Source: Octopus bimaculoides
Taxonomy: Eukaryota
DNA: 64,000 nt
Reading direction: 5' to 3'
Assembly (NCBI RefSeq): GCF_001194135.2
Contig: NC_068984.1
Location: 20,101,467-20,165,466, forward strand
Below the pieces are notes generated by a model that was not told the origin of the DNA, ran no database searches, and worked only from the letters and a program-made list of their open reading frames with translations. This document shows, one piece after another, positions 12,112-24,329 of the stretch. Position 1 is the first letter of the stretch; every line of letters starts with the position of its first letter. A program made the position numbers and the translations under genes.

Positions 12112-13502
12112 ATATGTATGTGTGTGTTTATCGTCCACCACCACTTGACAACTGGTGTTGGTTTGTCTATGTCCCTATAACCTAGTGGTTTGGCAAGAGA
12201 GACCAATAGAATAAGTACAATACTAAGTACTGGGGTTGATTTGTTCAAGACCATGCCCCAGTATGGTTGCAGTCCAATGACTGAAATAAGTAAAAAGATT
12301 TTTTTTAAAAAAGTAATGTATGTGTGTGCTTGTGTGAGTCTATTTTGTCTTCACATGTTTTCATTGATCGTAAACAAAGGCTTGTAGATGGTCTTGTTTG
12401 CTTGCAGTCCACTGCAAAAGTATGTCTGGTCTTTTTTGCAAGTCTTGACATGGTGCAAGATCTTTGTAAACAAATGGCTCATTTGTAAGGTGTAGTTTGT
12501 TTCCAGATTTTGTGTAACCATATCCAGGCTGTTTCATTTTTGATATATTGGGAAATTATTGCTTCACTTGGAAAAATGCAGGTTGCTGATGTCATGAAGG
12601 GCATCCAACTATAGAAAGCATTGCCCCTATGTACTCTCATCTAACCCAAGCAAGAATGGAACAGGAGATGTTAAAACAATGATACAATTATGATGTACTT
12701 GATAAGGTACATGAAGGTTTGAATGCTTTGAATGTAAAATATTCTTGCTCAAACCAGGCATGGCATGGCTGTGTGGTTAAAGAGTTTGCTTTGCAACTAC
12801 ATGGTCTTAGGATCAGTCTTGCTGCAAGGCACCTTGGGAAATTGTCTTTTACTACAGCTCTGAGCTGACCAATGTTTTGTGAATGAATTTTATACTATGG
12901 AAACTCATTGCATATATGTGTATGCCTTTGTGTCTGTCGTCCCCTCAGCACTTGAGAACTGGTGTAGTTTGTTTACATCCCTGTAACTTAGTGGATCAGT
13001 AAAACGGACACTGATAGAATAAATATCTTACTTAGAAAATAAGTACTATAGTCAATATGATCAATTAAACCCTTCAAGGTAGTGCCCCAGAATGGCCACC
13101 ATCCAACAACTGAAACAAGTAAAGGAGTATAAAATTGAGCAAACCATCAAAACTTCAGCTCAATGGCTCAGATAAATTAGATGGAACATTGGGAGGAATC
13201 TCCATTCATTTCTCTAGCTTACAATGGAAATAGATGAGTTTGAACTCAGAACCAGTAAGTTCATGGCAGGTTCTTTTTAACATTCTGCCACCAAAACACT
13301 GTACAGCTGTTAAGTAACTTTGGAGATGTATAAACTCGTTTAATAATGAACTTAGTCAAAACTGGGTTTACAAGTTGAGTTTTTAATTAATATAACATCC
13401 ACTGCCTATTATTTTTCTAAATTTCACTTGTGTTGCTTTGAGGTACATTACAAATATCATAAGACAGACAATATATTATTGCGTGTGAGTTTATTTGTCA
13501 AG

Positions 13503-13775
13503 ATATGTGGTCTGGTGGTGAGGGTGTTGGGCTTACAGCTGTTAGTTGTGAGTTCAATTCTTGGACAACATGGTGCATTGTGTTATTCATCAAGGCACTT
13601 TATTTCATATTGTTCCAGTTCACTCAGCTGAAAATGAGAACCAGTAACAAATGGGGGAGAGTTGAACCTGTCATAGACTGGCATTCTGTTCAGAAAGGGT
13701 TTTTCTACTCTCAGCCTAACTCCCTTGAAAATATGGATAAGCTCCAGACTAATGAACCTGTATGCTTGAGACAAA
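13503..13775 (+). mobile_element. Old SINE with Deu/Nin-like central domain
   Basis: aacctgtcatagactggcattctgttcagaaaggg...ggataagctcc resembles the Deu-domain core CCTGCGATGGACTAGCATCCCATCCAGGG...GATAAGCTCC as recalled. Related copies at about 15690-15830 and 36700-36865. Confidence 0.55.
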
Positions 13776-13906
13776 CTTTTGATTTTATTCAACCCTTTTG
13801 GTACCAACCCACTTGAGACTGCTTTTGGTCCTATGGTGTAAACTTCTTGTGTAAAGTGGCTTCAGTTAAAATCTTCCATCAAAACTTCAGGATAATATAC
13901 ACTAGC

Positions 13907-14132
13907 TTAACCCTTTGATATTTAAACAGGCCATATCAGACCCAAATATTCTACTTGCTTTAAGTTCAAACTGGCCACATCCAGCCTCTCACACCTACCC
14001 TATAATATCATTCTAAAAATAATCATACCTTCAAATTCTTGAAGCTATGAGATAATGCATGATTAATTCAAAACAATGTGAATAAATATGTGTTACATTT
14101 GATAGAGAGTAATATGAATGCTAAAAGCTTAA
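13907..14132. mobile_element. TTAA-flanked piggyBac-like MITE (degenerate)
   Basis: ttaaccctttg... and ...gctaaaagcttaa termini with TTAA at both ends. Confidence 0.55.
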
Positions 14133-14247
14133 TAATGACAGTTATTTTACTAAATTCTTCATTATTTTCAAAATTAATTGAAACAAGGACAAATTCTATA
14201 GCACTGAACATATTGCTGATTACTTAAAAATAGCATTTTAATTTTAG

Positions 14248-14360
14248 GAGCTTTATACAAACCATGTAAAAGGGCTATATAAGACCTTGTATTATTACAA
14301 AACTTCTGTTAATGTAATTGATCAACTAATGTTGAATATTTGCAGCACAGTAGCAAAGTT
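14248..14360 (+). CDS. Exon of unnamed plus-strand gene (113 nt, phase 0 to 2): ELYTNHVKGLYKTLYYYKTSVNVIDQLMLNICSTVAK(L)
   Basis: Acceptor cattttaattttag and donor gtaagt. Only one frame is open, across the whole exon, and it is phase-compatible with 16634. Confidence 0.65.
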
Positions 14361-14886
14361 GTAAGTAAAAAAACAAAATGATTCTACCTCCAACACTACA
14401 GTGTAAAGGTTATGCATTCAAACTTTATCTAAGGAAATGTAATCTGTATATATGTAGTATATATGTAATAATAGAGTACCTGATGTTAAACAGACTGGAC
14501 TAATTGAGACTTAGTATATCACTTAACAAAAGAAAACACCATTAAAAGAGGAAGTTAATTAACCTGAAAGTTTAAATGATTCATATCAAGCTGGTTCAGC
14601 ACTCCACCATCAAGGTGTTCTGATAAAGCAAGGAAAATTGTTGTTATTGTTATTGTTTAATCCCAGTCCTGGCTGAGTGGGCTTCAGATCAAAGGCATTC
14701 AATATTTGATCATTCTATCTATATTTCATTTTTCTCAAATAGTCAGAACCACATAATTCAAATATTTCCTTCTTTTAAGACAATAGGGTATGATGGGAAG
14801 AAACAAAATTAGGTATTATTTCTGGCAAGGCAAGCAGCTGCACAAAGGCTCATTTTGAAAGGTATATGTATTTATGTATGTCTATG

Positions 14887-15514
14887 CAAGGCCAGATTAA
14901 GACCCACAGAGGCCCTAGGCACTTAAAAGATTTTAGTGCCCCCATATATTTGTAATTCAAAATCATTATGATCATCGTTTAACGTCTGCTTTCCATGCTA
15001 GCATGGGTTGGACGATTTGACTGAGGACTGGTGAAACCAGATGACTACACCAGGCTCCAATCTGATTTGGCAGAGTTTCTACAGCTGGATGCCCTTCCTA
15101 ATGCCAACCATTCGAAGAGTGTAGTGGGTGCTTTTACGTGCCACCGGCATGAGGGCCAGTCAGGCGGTAAAACAATGATAAACCATAAAATTAATTTGTA
15201 GTTTTCAAAATGAAACAAAGCTCACACTAAGATGGAAAATAATGTTTATTTTTGTATACTTCCACTTTTATTTATATTTTTAAAATTTTTACCTTCTTTT
15301 TTAAGTGCAAAGTCTCTGATCAGATCCTCACTGTGACACTATGAACACTTCAAAATAATATATTTCCAAACCATATAAACAACTTCAAATATTATGTCAC
15401 AAGTTTAAAGTGATTTCTTTTGTGCTGTAAACCATTTACCATTTCTGTAGTGCCCTCTTCTCTTGATGCCCTAAGCACATACTTATTTTGCTTAATGGTT
15501 AATCCAGTACTCTG
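14887..15514. mobile_element. Degenerate hAT-like MITE carrying a family B insertion
   Basis: caaggccagattaa and ttaatccagtactctg are imperfect termini of the CAGgGCCGGATTAA type. No clear TSD. Confidence 0.4.
14963..15168 (-). mobile_element. Family B (GAT)n-tailed retroposon
   Basis: Near-identical to the other family B copies. Confidence 0.85.
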
Positions 15515-16633
15515 TTTGTGTGTTGCCTTATTTCGACACAATACTTCAGATCACCCTAAGTCCTGTGAATGAAATTTAGCAGATGGAAACTGTGTAGAAG
15601 CTCAAAAGTGTTTATTACTATTCTTCAATAGTAAACTTAATCCCTCTGGAGGTACAAAGCCTAGTGATTTGATTGTTGCACTCCTAATTGTAAGGTCATG
15701 ATTTCAATTCCCAGACTAGGCAGTGTGTTATTCTTGAGCAAAAATATTTCATTTCATGTTGCTCCAGTCCAGACTGCTGTAAATGAGTTCCAGCAATAGC
15801 TGGGGGGGGGGGGGGTTAAACCTGTTATGGTTGTCAAGTAGTAGGGAAGACAAACACACAGATACATGCACATATAGAAGAGGCTTCCACACACTTTCCA
15901 TCTATCCAATTCAATCACAAAGCATTTATTAGCTTAAGGCTATAGTAGACACTTGCCCAAAGCACCATGCTATGACTGCCCATTCTGTTTATTCAGGCAT
16001 AGTGTACTGTAGACTACCATGTGTCCTCCTCTGTATGAGAGTAAGATTTATTTTGAGGGAGATCTGGCTGTTATTTCTAGGAAGTTGAATGACTTCATTG
16101 ACTTGTTTAAAATGGGATAAAAGAAGCAGGTCCCTATTTTTCAAGAAAATGTTAGATAACTTGCCTACTATATGACCCCACAATAATCTAGTATTTTGAG
16201 AATAAAAATCAAATATCAATACTGCAGGTATATTTTTTAGCCCTAGGAAAGTTCTGATCATGCAGACATCTAATCAATAACTGTTCCAGTTATCCCACCT
16301 TTTTCCTAACTTTTCCAATATAATGTATCCAAGGATCACATTATCTAAGATGTCCTTTTTCTCTCTTTTAAGATGTAGGGTAGGATTTCAGGGAGATTTG
16401 GCTGTTATTTCTACCACAAGAATGACCATGTAGAAGTTTCTTCATTCACTAATATTACAGATGGTCGTAATTAGAAGCATAGCAAGCATGTATTAAAACT
16501 TCTAGTTTTTATAAAAGAGAGTATAATGAAGATATCCTGTGATAAATATATTTCTAATTGCAAGTCTTACTTTATAAATAAATATATAAATAGGTTAACA
16601 GATGCTTAAATTAAGATAATTGCCTTTAAATAG

Positions 16634-16720
16634 ATATTTAAATGAAGATGGTTATTTTCTCAAGAGAACTACTTATAATTCATGGAGGACTTTAAAAACT
16701 ATTGTAGACAACAAGATTGA
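16634..16720 (+). CDS. Exon of unnamed plus-strand gene (87 nt, phase 2 to 2): YLNEDGYFLKRTTYNSWRTLKTIVDNKI(E)
   Basis: Acceptor tgcctttaaatag and donor gtaaat. Open in exactly the phase needed after 14360. Confidence 0.6.
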
Positions 16721-16890
16721 GTAAATTAAACATTTTGTCATAGCCAAAGTTTGCATTTTGACCTAAGACTCATGTTAGCTATTTCTATCCCTTTTTATGA
16801 ATGTGTATGTATGTGTGTGTGTGTGTGTGTGTGTGAGTGCATGTGTAAAGGAGAGGTGAATATATTTATTTAACTACTTGATATCCTTAG

Positions 16891-16941
16891 GATTACAGCT
16901 GTTTTGCAACCTACATCATCTAACAATAATTTCAGTGAATA
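16891..16941 (+). CDS. Candidate exon of unnamed plus-strand gene: (E)ITAVLQPTSSNNNF..., donor GTGAAT after 16934 or 16941
   Basis: Acceptor cttgatatccttag. Open in the required phase after a 170-nt intron. The 3' boundary is ambiguous. Confidence 0.45.
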
Positions 16942-16991
16942 GTGAATTATGTTTACATGTCTGCACCAATATGCATGCTATGCATTGTACA

Positions 16992-17262
16992 ATCATCATC
17001 ATCATCATTTAACGTCCACCTTCCATGCTAGCATGGGTTGGACGATTTGACTGAGGACTGGCGAACCAGATGGCCGCACCAGGCTCCAATCTGATCTGGC
17101 AGAGTTTCTACAACTGGATGCCCTTCCTAACGCCAACCACTCCGAGAGTGTAGTGGGTGCTTTTACGTGCCACCAGCACGAGGGCCAGTCAGGCAGTACT
17201 GGCTACAGCCACGCTCAAAATGGTGTTTTTTGCATGCTACCTGCACAGGAGCCAGTCCAGCG
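16992..17262 (-). mobile_element. Family B retroposon with about 2 tandem 5' units
   Basis: Same core plus gtgccacc-starting repeats. Confidence 0.85.
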
Positions 17263-17609
17263 TTGTAAATAGAGTTGTAAATTTACAAATCAATGCAGAT
17301 AAAGGCTAGTTCTTCAGATCACCAGAACATCATGGTTGCACCAATGCTTCAACTTGGTGTATACATACAAAATTTTGTATGTATGGCCCCAAGATTCTAT
17401 GAATCTATATATTGCACTACAAATTTATATATATATATATACACATACATACATACATACACATTACTGATGTCATAAGAATTTATAAGCTTTCAAAAGA
17501 AATGTGAAATAATTCTTTTTTCAAACACTGGGTCTTGAAGTGCATGAAGCTATAAATTTTCTATCCAACAAGATTTTTCAACCCAATATTTATATGCTAT
17601 TATTTATAG

Positions 17610-17646
17610 CTTTATTTGCTTTGAGATATTGTTCCAAAAAAGAATT
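17610..17646 (+). CDS. Candidate 37-nt exon of unnamed plus-strand gene (LFALRYCSKKE or FICFEILFQKRI)
   Basis: Acceptor tattatttatag and consensus donor GTGAGT. Two frames are open, each compatible with one of the alternative upstream donors. Confidence 0.45.
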
Positions 17647-20499
17647 GTGAGTAAAAGTATATATATGTACATTTGATGTAAGTGTTTGCAAGTATGGGTA
17701 TATGTGTATGTGCATGTATATATACATGTGTGTTTATAAGTGTGTATGTATATATGTACTCATTTATTTAGCATACACTGGAAGATATTTGTGGCAGGAT
17801 TTTACAACCAGATTCACTTCCTGTTTTGCAAGAAAGGGATTCTTTTTTCTTAAGTCTAGAGGACGTTGAAAATCAGAGAGTGACAAATCATAATATCAAC
17901 ACTGAATGTCCTTGTCACCAGCTTCCCTCAAGCAGTGAGAGGCATAGAATATCATTGTTTATGGATATTTACACACACACAAAACATTTACATATGACTG
18001 ATCTCCTCTAGTTTCTATGTACCAAATTCCCTTACAAAGCACTTGTTGGTTTGTAGCTACACTAGAACATACTCAAGGTGCCACATGTCAGTGGTGTGAA
18101 AAATATTTGACAATCCATTGTCGACATTACTATGATAAAGTCATTAGTTTTGAATAGATTAGCTTGTAGTATTCATTCTTTCTGTGCTCTGAGTTCAAAA
18201 ACTGCCAAGATTAACTTTGCTTTTCATCAAGGCTAATAATTAAAGTACCAGTTTTATACTGAGGTTGATTCTTCTCTGTCTCTTTTTTTTTTTTATTCTG
18301 TTTGTTTCTATCTCTTTCTGGAAGAATTCAGCTGTTGTCATAAATGGCAAAAGATGGCCTCTAGTAGTTCTAAAAACTACCCAAGATACGCTCTGTCATG
18401 ATGGCACCACTACATCTCCATTAGAAATTGAGAACCCTAGGCAAGACAAGTAGACAATATTATTAAGGAAAAAAAAAACTAAAAGCAAAGTGAATGTAAC
18501 AATAGCTAAGATAATAACTCTCCTGTGATATCATCATCATTTTAATGTACATTTTTTCCATGTTTGCATAGGTCAGTTAGAATTTGTTGGAGCCGACACA
18601 CTTTCTGTTACCAATTGTCACCTAGTTCTAAGTAAAATAATATTGGCTGGACATACTTTCATGAAAGCCTGAAAACAAACAACACTCCTTATATGATGAC
18701 ATTGAGGTCATTTTCAATTATTGTGCTCTATCAAGACACACACACACACACAAACATTGCACATACGAATGGCAGCTTTAAGTTTCCATCTACCATATAC
18801 TTTTCTTGTCCTGGAGCTCAAGTAGAGGACACTTGCCCAAAGTGCCCCCTGTGGAACTGAACCCCAAACCACATGGTTGGGAAACAAACCTCTTAACCCC
18901 ACAACTTTGTCTACACACACACAGAAAGAAAGAGGAAACATAGCTTATAGAAACAGTGAGGTGGGGAGAGAGAAGCATATACATCAAACTGGTTTGGACT
19001 TGCTCCTTTATGCATAATTATTCCTGTCTATATGGTTAACTACATTAGGTATACATTTACATTCAACTTTGTAAAACTTTTACTTTGATGCTTTAATAAT
19101 CAAATGAAGGAAAGATTTTGATTTTCAGACTAACATAAAGCCTAATGCACTGAAGAAACCTCTGTGCTGTCATTCAATCCACTAGAAATGGCAGTCAAAT
19201 TTCCTTTAAATCACACCCTACCATCTTAAAGAATGTATTGGGTAATTTAATTTATTGAAAAAAAGGATGTGATGTTCATGGCTGGGCAATCTGTGATTAT
19301 GAGATGCTCAGTCAAGGCTAACTGGGTTTAAACAACAATGAGATCATCAGTTCAGTTTCTGATGGCAAGTTGTTTCCTTGAGCAAGTAACTTTATTTCTC
19401 ATTGCTCCAGTCCACTCAGCTGGCAAAAATGAGTTGTACCTGTATTTCAAAGGGCCAGACTTGTCACACTCTGTGCCACGCTGAAACTCCCTGAGAACTA
19501 CATTAAGGGTATACGTGTCTGTGGAGTGCTGAGCCACTTGTTTGTTAATTTCACGAGCAGGCTGTTCTGTTGATCAGATCAACTGGAACCCACATTGCCA
19601 TAACCGATGGAGACCCAGTTTAGTTTTAGTGTTGAGTCCAATTTAAATATATTTATATTCCGATTGTGAAGGTGCATGGTTTAGTTGTTAGGTTGCTTGG
19701 CTAAGACTGCAGATTAAATTGCTTCCCAAACACATGGTTCCAGGATCAATCCCACTACATGGTACCTTGGACAAGTGTTTTCTTTAGTCTCAGGCCAACC
19801 AAAGCCTTGTGAGTGGGTTTGGAAGATGAAAATTGAATGAAGCCCATTCATGTATGTGTGTCTTTGTGTCTGTGTTTGTCCCCCACACTACTGCTTGACA
19901 ACCAGAGTTGCTGTATTTACGTCTTCATAAATTAGTGGTTCAGCAAAAAAGACCAATAGAATAAGTACCAGGCTTACAAAAAAATAATATTGGAGCCCAT
20001 TCAGCTGACTAAAAATTCTCCAGGATGGTGCCCCAGCATGTCCACAGTCTAATGACTGGAACAAATAAAAAAACAAAATCAAGGTATCTGGTTGTTTTAC
20101 AAACTTCCCAAATATGCTTTGTTAGTAGCTTAGCAACATAATAGACCCTTTCTAAGTCTGTAATGTGTCTTTTACTTTTACAGCATGAAGACAATAAGTT
20201 TAGTACAGCTAACCCTCCTTTGGGGGTCAAATTGACTAATGTAAAATCTAACCTTTGATTTTTACAGAGTACAGGTATATTTTCATTATTGTAACTTATT
20301 TTAGTGTAAAAATAACATTCTTGATGTCAGGAAATAGGGTACTTGCAGGCTTTGAAACTATTTAATGGTCTGTAACAGCAGTATAATATTAGTGAAATCA
20401 CTGCTGCTGCTGCTACTACTACTACTATCAGCTGGAGTATACAATTTCTTCTGCAGTTGAAATAAATTTTTTAAGAGATAATTATTCTCACCTTTACAG

Positions 20500-20615
20500 G
20501 TTAATAACCAACTCTTGCTGTTTAATTGTAATACTAAATGGCTGCTAGAGAATATTGTATTTCTCTTCCAAACAGCAGGGGTAGAAAAAGACACCATCTT
20601 TTCAATTCATTAAAG
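20500..20615 (+). CDS. Possible further plus-strand exon: VNNQLLLFNCNTKWLLENIVFLFQTAGVEKDTIFSIH-stop
   Basis: Acceptor ttctcacctttacag and donor AAG/gtaaca, but a TAA lies 2 nt before the donor. Could be the last coding exon, a frameshift, or a false exon. Confidence 0.3.
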
Positions 20616-21342
20616 GTAACAGTTTCTACTGAACCAGCTTGTTGTTGCTTAGCCCCAGGTCAGTCTTGAACAAACACACCTATAATCAAAAGCATTCTAG
20701 CCCTGATCTTTCTGATATTTATTTTTTCCAGGTAAATTGTTAGTAAAATTACATTTTCACATGCATTCTCCCATTCTTTTTAAGACTCCCTAGAAGAGTT
20801 GAAGGCTATTTGACTGCTATTTTTTTTTGCATGTCAAGCAACAATGTAGAGGTTTTACTGTTGGCTTGTATCTTACTGATGTTAGTCTCAAAGATGAAAT
20901 CTATTGGAATATCAAGTAAATTCATTGTTCTTTCTTCTACTACAGAAAAAGGTATCTACATTAGGTTACTTTTACTTGTATACTATAAACACCTTCAATA
21001 AAAAATTTTAAAATGTGAATTTATAGAAGCCTGTTGGATATTTAATAGCTTACAGTATTACCATCAGTGTTATCGGTTTTGCATCTGCTTTTTCTATGAT
21101 GCTATGACTTGAATGAGACTTCTTGAAGCAGTGTTCTACAGCTAGATACCCCTGGTGTAAACCTTTATTTGTTTTCGAAATAAAGTGCTTTATTTCACTC
21201 ATCTTCACTTCAAACTGTCAAGCAATGGGACATGCATGTCACTACTCTCTAAATGAATTCAATGCAAGAACACACACACGTACATGCAGCAGACTGACAT
21301 ATATTGTCTCTGTCTACCAAATTTCACTGACAAGGTATAGAT

Positions 21343-21620
21343 CAGGGGTTCCCAACCTTATTTTGCTTGTGGACCCTCTGAGAGCTATCTTTATCATCTG
21401 TGGACCCCATTTATGCACATGTGAATTTTTTAAATAAAATATTTGTTTGTAGGTTACTAAAAACTAACAATGAAACAGTTTTGTTATATTCATAACATAA
21501 ATTCCAAATACAAATCGTGAAAATTTCAATAAATACAGGTACCTCTTCTAGTAAACAAAATTAATATATGGACCCACAAATTAGAATTTTTCACTCGTGG
21601 ACCCTGGTTGGGAACCCCTG
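21343..21620. mobile_element. hAT (Charlie-like) MITE, 278 bp, inserted in a family A SINE
   Basis: Perfect 15-bp TIR caggggttcccaacc / ggttgggaacccctg. 8-bp TSD gtatagat at 21335-21342 and 21621-21628. Confidence 0.93.
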
Positions 21621-22164
21621 GTATAGATCAACCTGAGGCTATACCAGAAGACAAGGTGTCACATAGTGAGATTGAACTTCAAACCATGTGATTGTGAAGT
21701 AAAACTTCTCAACCACACAACCATGCTAATGCATACAACTGAAATAAATTCATTCTTTAAGCACTGTCAAATAAAATTCCCCTCAATTTACCATACTACT
21801 GCAAACGCAGGAATTATGCAACACTATTTTGCATGTCCAGCATCCTTGAGACCTGAGTGGTGTTTGATTATCAAATATGCTGGTGTATTGGAATACAGTC
21901 TTAAAGAATAAAATAAAAATTGTATTTTAAAGTTAAATCATGGTTTTAATGAGGTCACCAAATATTTAACTGTATTTATTAGCAGTGTCAATATCTGCTA
22001 ATTTCTTTTAGCCAGACAAATTAATTTTATGAATGCTGTATCATATTTTAAACTTTCTAAAGCAAACCTCAGCAATAACTATCATCATCATCGTTTTACA
22101 TCAGCCTTCTATGCTGGCATGTGTTAGAAGGGCCATCAAAGCCCAAGTCATTTGTTTCTTACAC

Positions 22165-22750
22165 CAAGAATTACAAGCTTCAATCACTCACACATAATAA
22201 TCAAAGCAGTTGCAGTCTAGAGAGTTAGGTGGCCAGATGTTAGGGGTGTAGTCTCAGAAATTGTCTGACAGCCATGGCTGGGTTCTCCTGCTTGTGTGGC
22301 AAGGTGCAGAGTCCTGTTGTTAGACATAGGGTCTTCCAGCGGCCACCCTCTTGACTCAGGGCAGCACTACCTCCTCCAGGCACATGATGTAGGCCTCTGT
22401 GTTGAGTCTGAGGCTATGTGGGAAGATGAATGGAGGCATAACATTGCCATCACTAGTGATCACATCAAACACCATGATTTTGACTGGATGTTTGATTTTA
22501 ATCACTCTCAATACATGTCCTCAGATTGACACCCAAACACTCTGAAATGGTCGTATTGAAGCTTCTGGCATGAATGCCAAGCAGTACAGCATGTCATTTC
22601 CAAATTTCTGACAGAGTGAATCATGTCATGGTGCTGTTTTTCTCACAGACAGTGCCCAATTGACCCTACTATACTGTGTAGTCAAAATCAAAAACAAACA
22701 ATGCACATGTGCAAAATTTAAAATGGCGACAATTTACCCATCGCACCCTG
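22165..22750 (-). mobile_element. Tc1/mariner relic, maT (DD37D-like) group, internally deleted
   Basis: KHPVKIMVFDVITSDGNVMPPFIFP...RVAAGRPYV*QQDSAPCHTSRRTQ...WPPNSLDCNCFDYYV, with 36 residues between D2 and D3 as written. 5' TIR CAGGGTG at 22744-22750 is preceded by TA. Confidence 0.85.
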
Positions 22751-22781
22751 TATGTGTGTGTGTGTGTGTGTGTATGTATAT

Positions 22782-23000
22782 NNNNNNNNNNNNNNNNNNN
22801 NNNNNNNNNNNNNNNNNNNNNNNNNNNNNNNNNNNNNNNNNNNNNNNNNNNNNNNNNNNNNNNNNNNNNNNNNNNNNNNNNNNNNNNNNNNNNNNNNNNN
22901 NNNNNNNNNNNNNNNNNNNNNNNNNNNNNNNNNNNNNNNNNNNNNNNNNNNNNNNNNNNNNNNNNNNNNNNNNNNNNNNNNNNNNNNNNNNNNNNNNNNN
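22782..23000. other. Assembly gap (219 N)
   Basis: N run flanked by microsatellites. Confidence 1.
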
Positions 23001-23212
23001 ATATATATGGGCATGGCTGTGTGGTTAGGAAGCTTGCTTCCCAGCTACATGGTTTCGGGTTCAGTCTCACCGTGTGGCACCTTGGGCAAGTGTCTTCTGC
23101 TATAGCCCAGGGCCGACCAAAGCTTTGTGATTGAATTTGGTAGGCGGAAGTTACTGCCGTGTGTGTATATGTCTGTGTATGTGCTTGTGCCTCTCCGAAA
23201 GAGAGAGAGGGG

Positions 23213-23259
<47 letters not shown>

Positions 23260-23659
23260 TCACGCACACAATGGGTTGCTAAACTGTTTTCTTCTATCGA
23301 TTTCATTTTTAAGGACTAGGCTAACTTAAGGCTACAGCAAAAGACACTTACTCAACATGCCAGGCATTGAGATAGAACTCAAACCCCTGTGGTAACAAAG
23401 CAAACACTGTATCCACATGGCCATGTCTATTGTATCAAAAGATTTGTTATAATGCGATTGCCAATAAATACACTCTTATTCACACAATATACAAGAACAC
23501 AGTAAATGGAATATTTAATGTTTTGAAGCATTTTGGTAAATTCAGATTCTTCATGTTATTTTTAACTGTGTTATGCTGCAATTATGTATATTAAACTGTT
23601 TTATCAAACTATATTAGATTTTATAAACTTTGATTGATAATATTCACTTATTTAGACTT

Positions 23660-23926
23660 GTACTGGTAGGGGGCTCTGAAAGGGGTCTCAAAAAGCATCA
23701 TGATAACAAAGGAGAATGGGCACCAGCCAGCCCAAAGGTTGGGGTGGGCTGGACCTGCCTGCCTCAAAAAGGAAAGTGAAAATCCTCATCCTGGGTTTGA
23801 GAAGGGACAATGCCCAAAACCGGGCAAGATGGTGTGAGGGTGGTTGCTATGACATTGAGGTAGATCCAGCCACCCCCGTTAACAGGGACAAAACCCAGAT
23901 TTAAAACACTGAATGATGATGATGTC
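23660..23926 (+). mobile_element. RTE-clade LINE 3' fragment with (GAT)n tail
   Basis: LGLRRDNAQNRARW...VDPATPVNRDK followed by gatgatgatg. Confidence 0.7.
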
Positions 23927-24146
23927 TGAGTTGAAATTTGAAAACAATGGAGGGATAGTCACAGTTGGAACACTTGTTACTGAATTAAAGGAAAAAAAAA
24001 GAGAGAATCACTGAATTTGTACAAAATTGAGAAGGTCAAAGGTCACAGTTGGAGAATTTGAAAGATAATCAGAATACTTTTGTTTCAAAGAATCTGATTC
24101 CAAGAAAAAGGTTGGATAGCCATGGTTAGAACACTTTTGTTCTTAC

Positions 24147-24329
24147 CATCATCATCATCATCGTTTAACGTCCGCTTTCCATGCTAGCATGGGTTGGACG
24201 ATTTGACTGAGGACTGGTGAAACCGGATGGCAACACCAGGCTCCAGTCTAATTTGGCAGAGTTTCTACAGCTGGATGCCCTTCCTAACGCCAACCACTCA
24301 GAGTGTAGTGGGTGCTTTTATGTGTCACC
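24147..24329 (-). mobile_element. Family B retroposon
   Basis: Same core and (CAT)n start on the plus strand. Confidence 0.85.

Noticed and set aside
15020-15065. Hammerhead-ribozyme-like CTGAGGA...GAAAC in family B copies (retrozyme idea)
   Set aside because: Stem II cannot close (C/T), there is no NUH cleavage triplet in register with stem I, and GAAA sits in the loop of a simple ctggt/accag hairpin and varies among copies.
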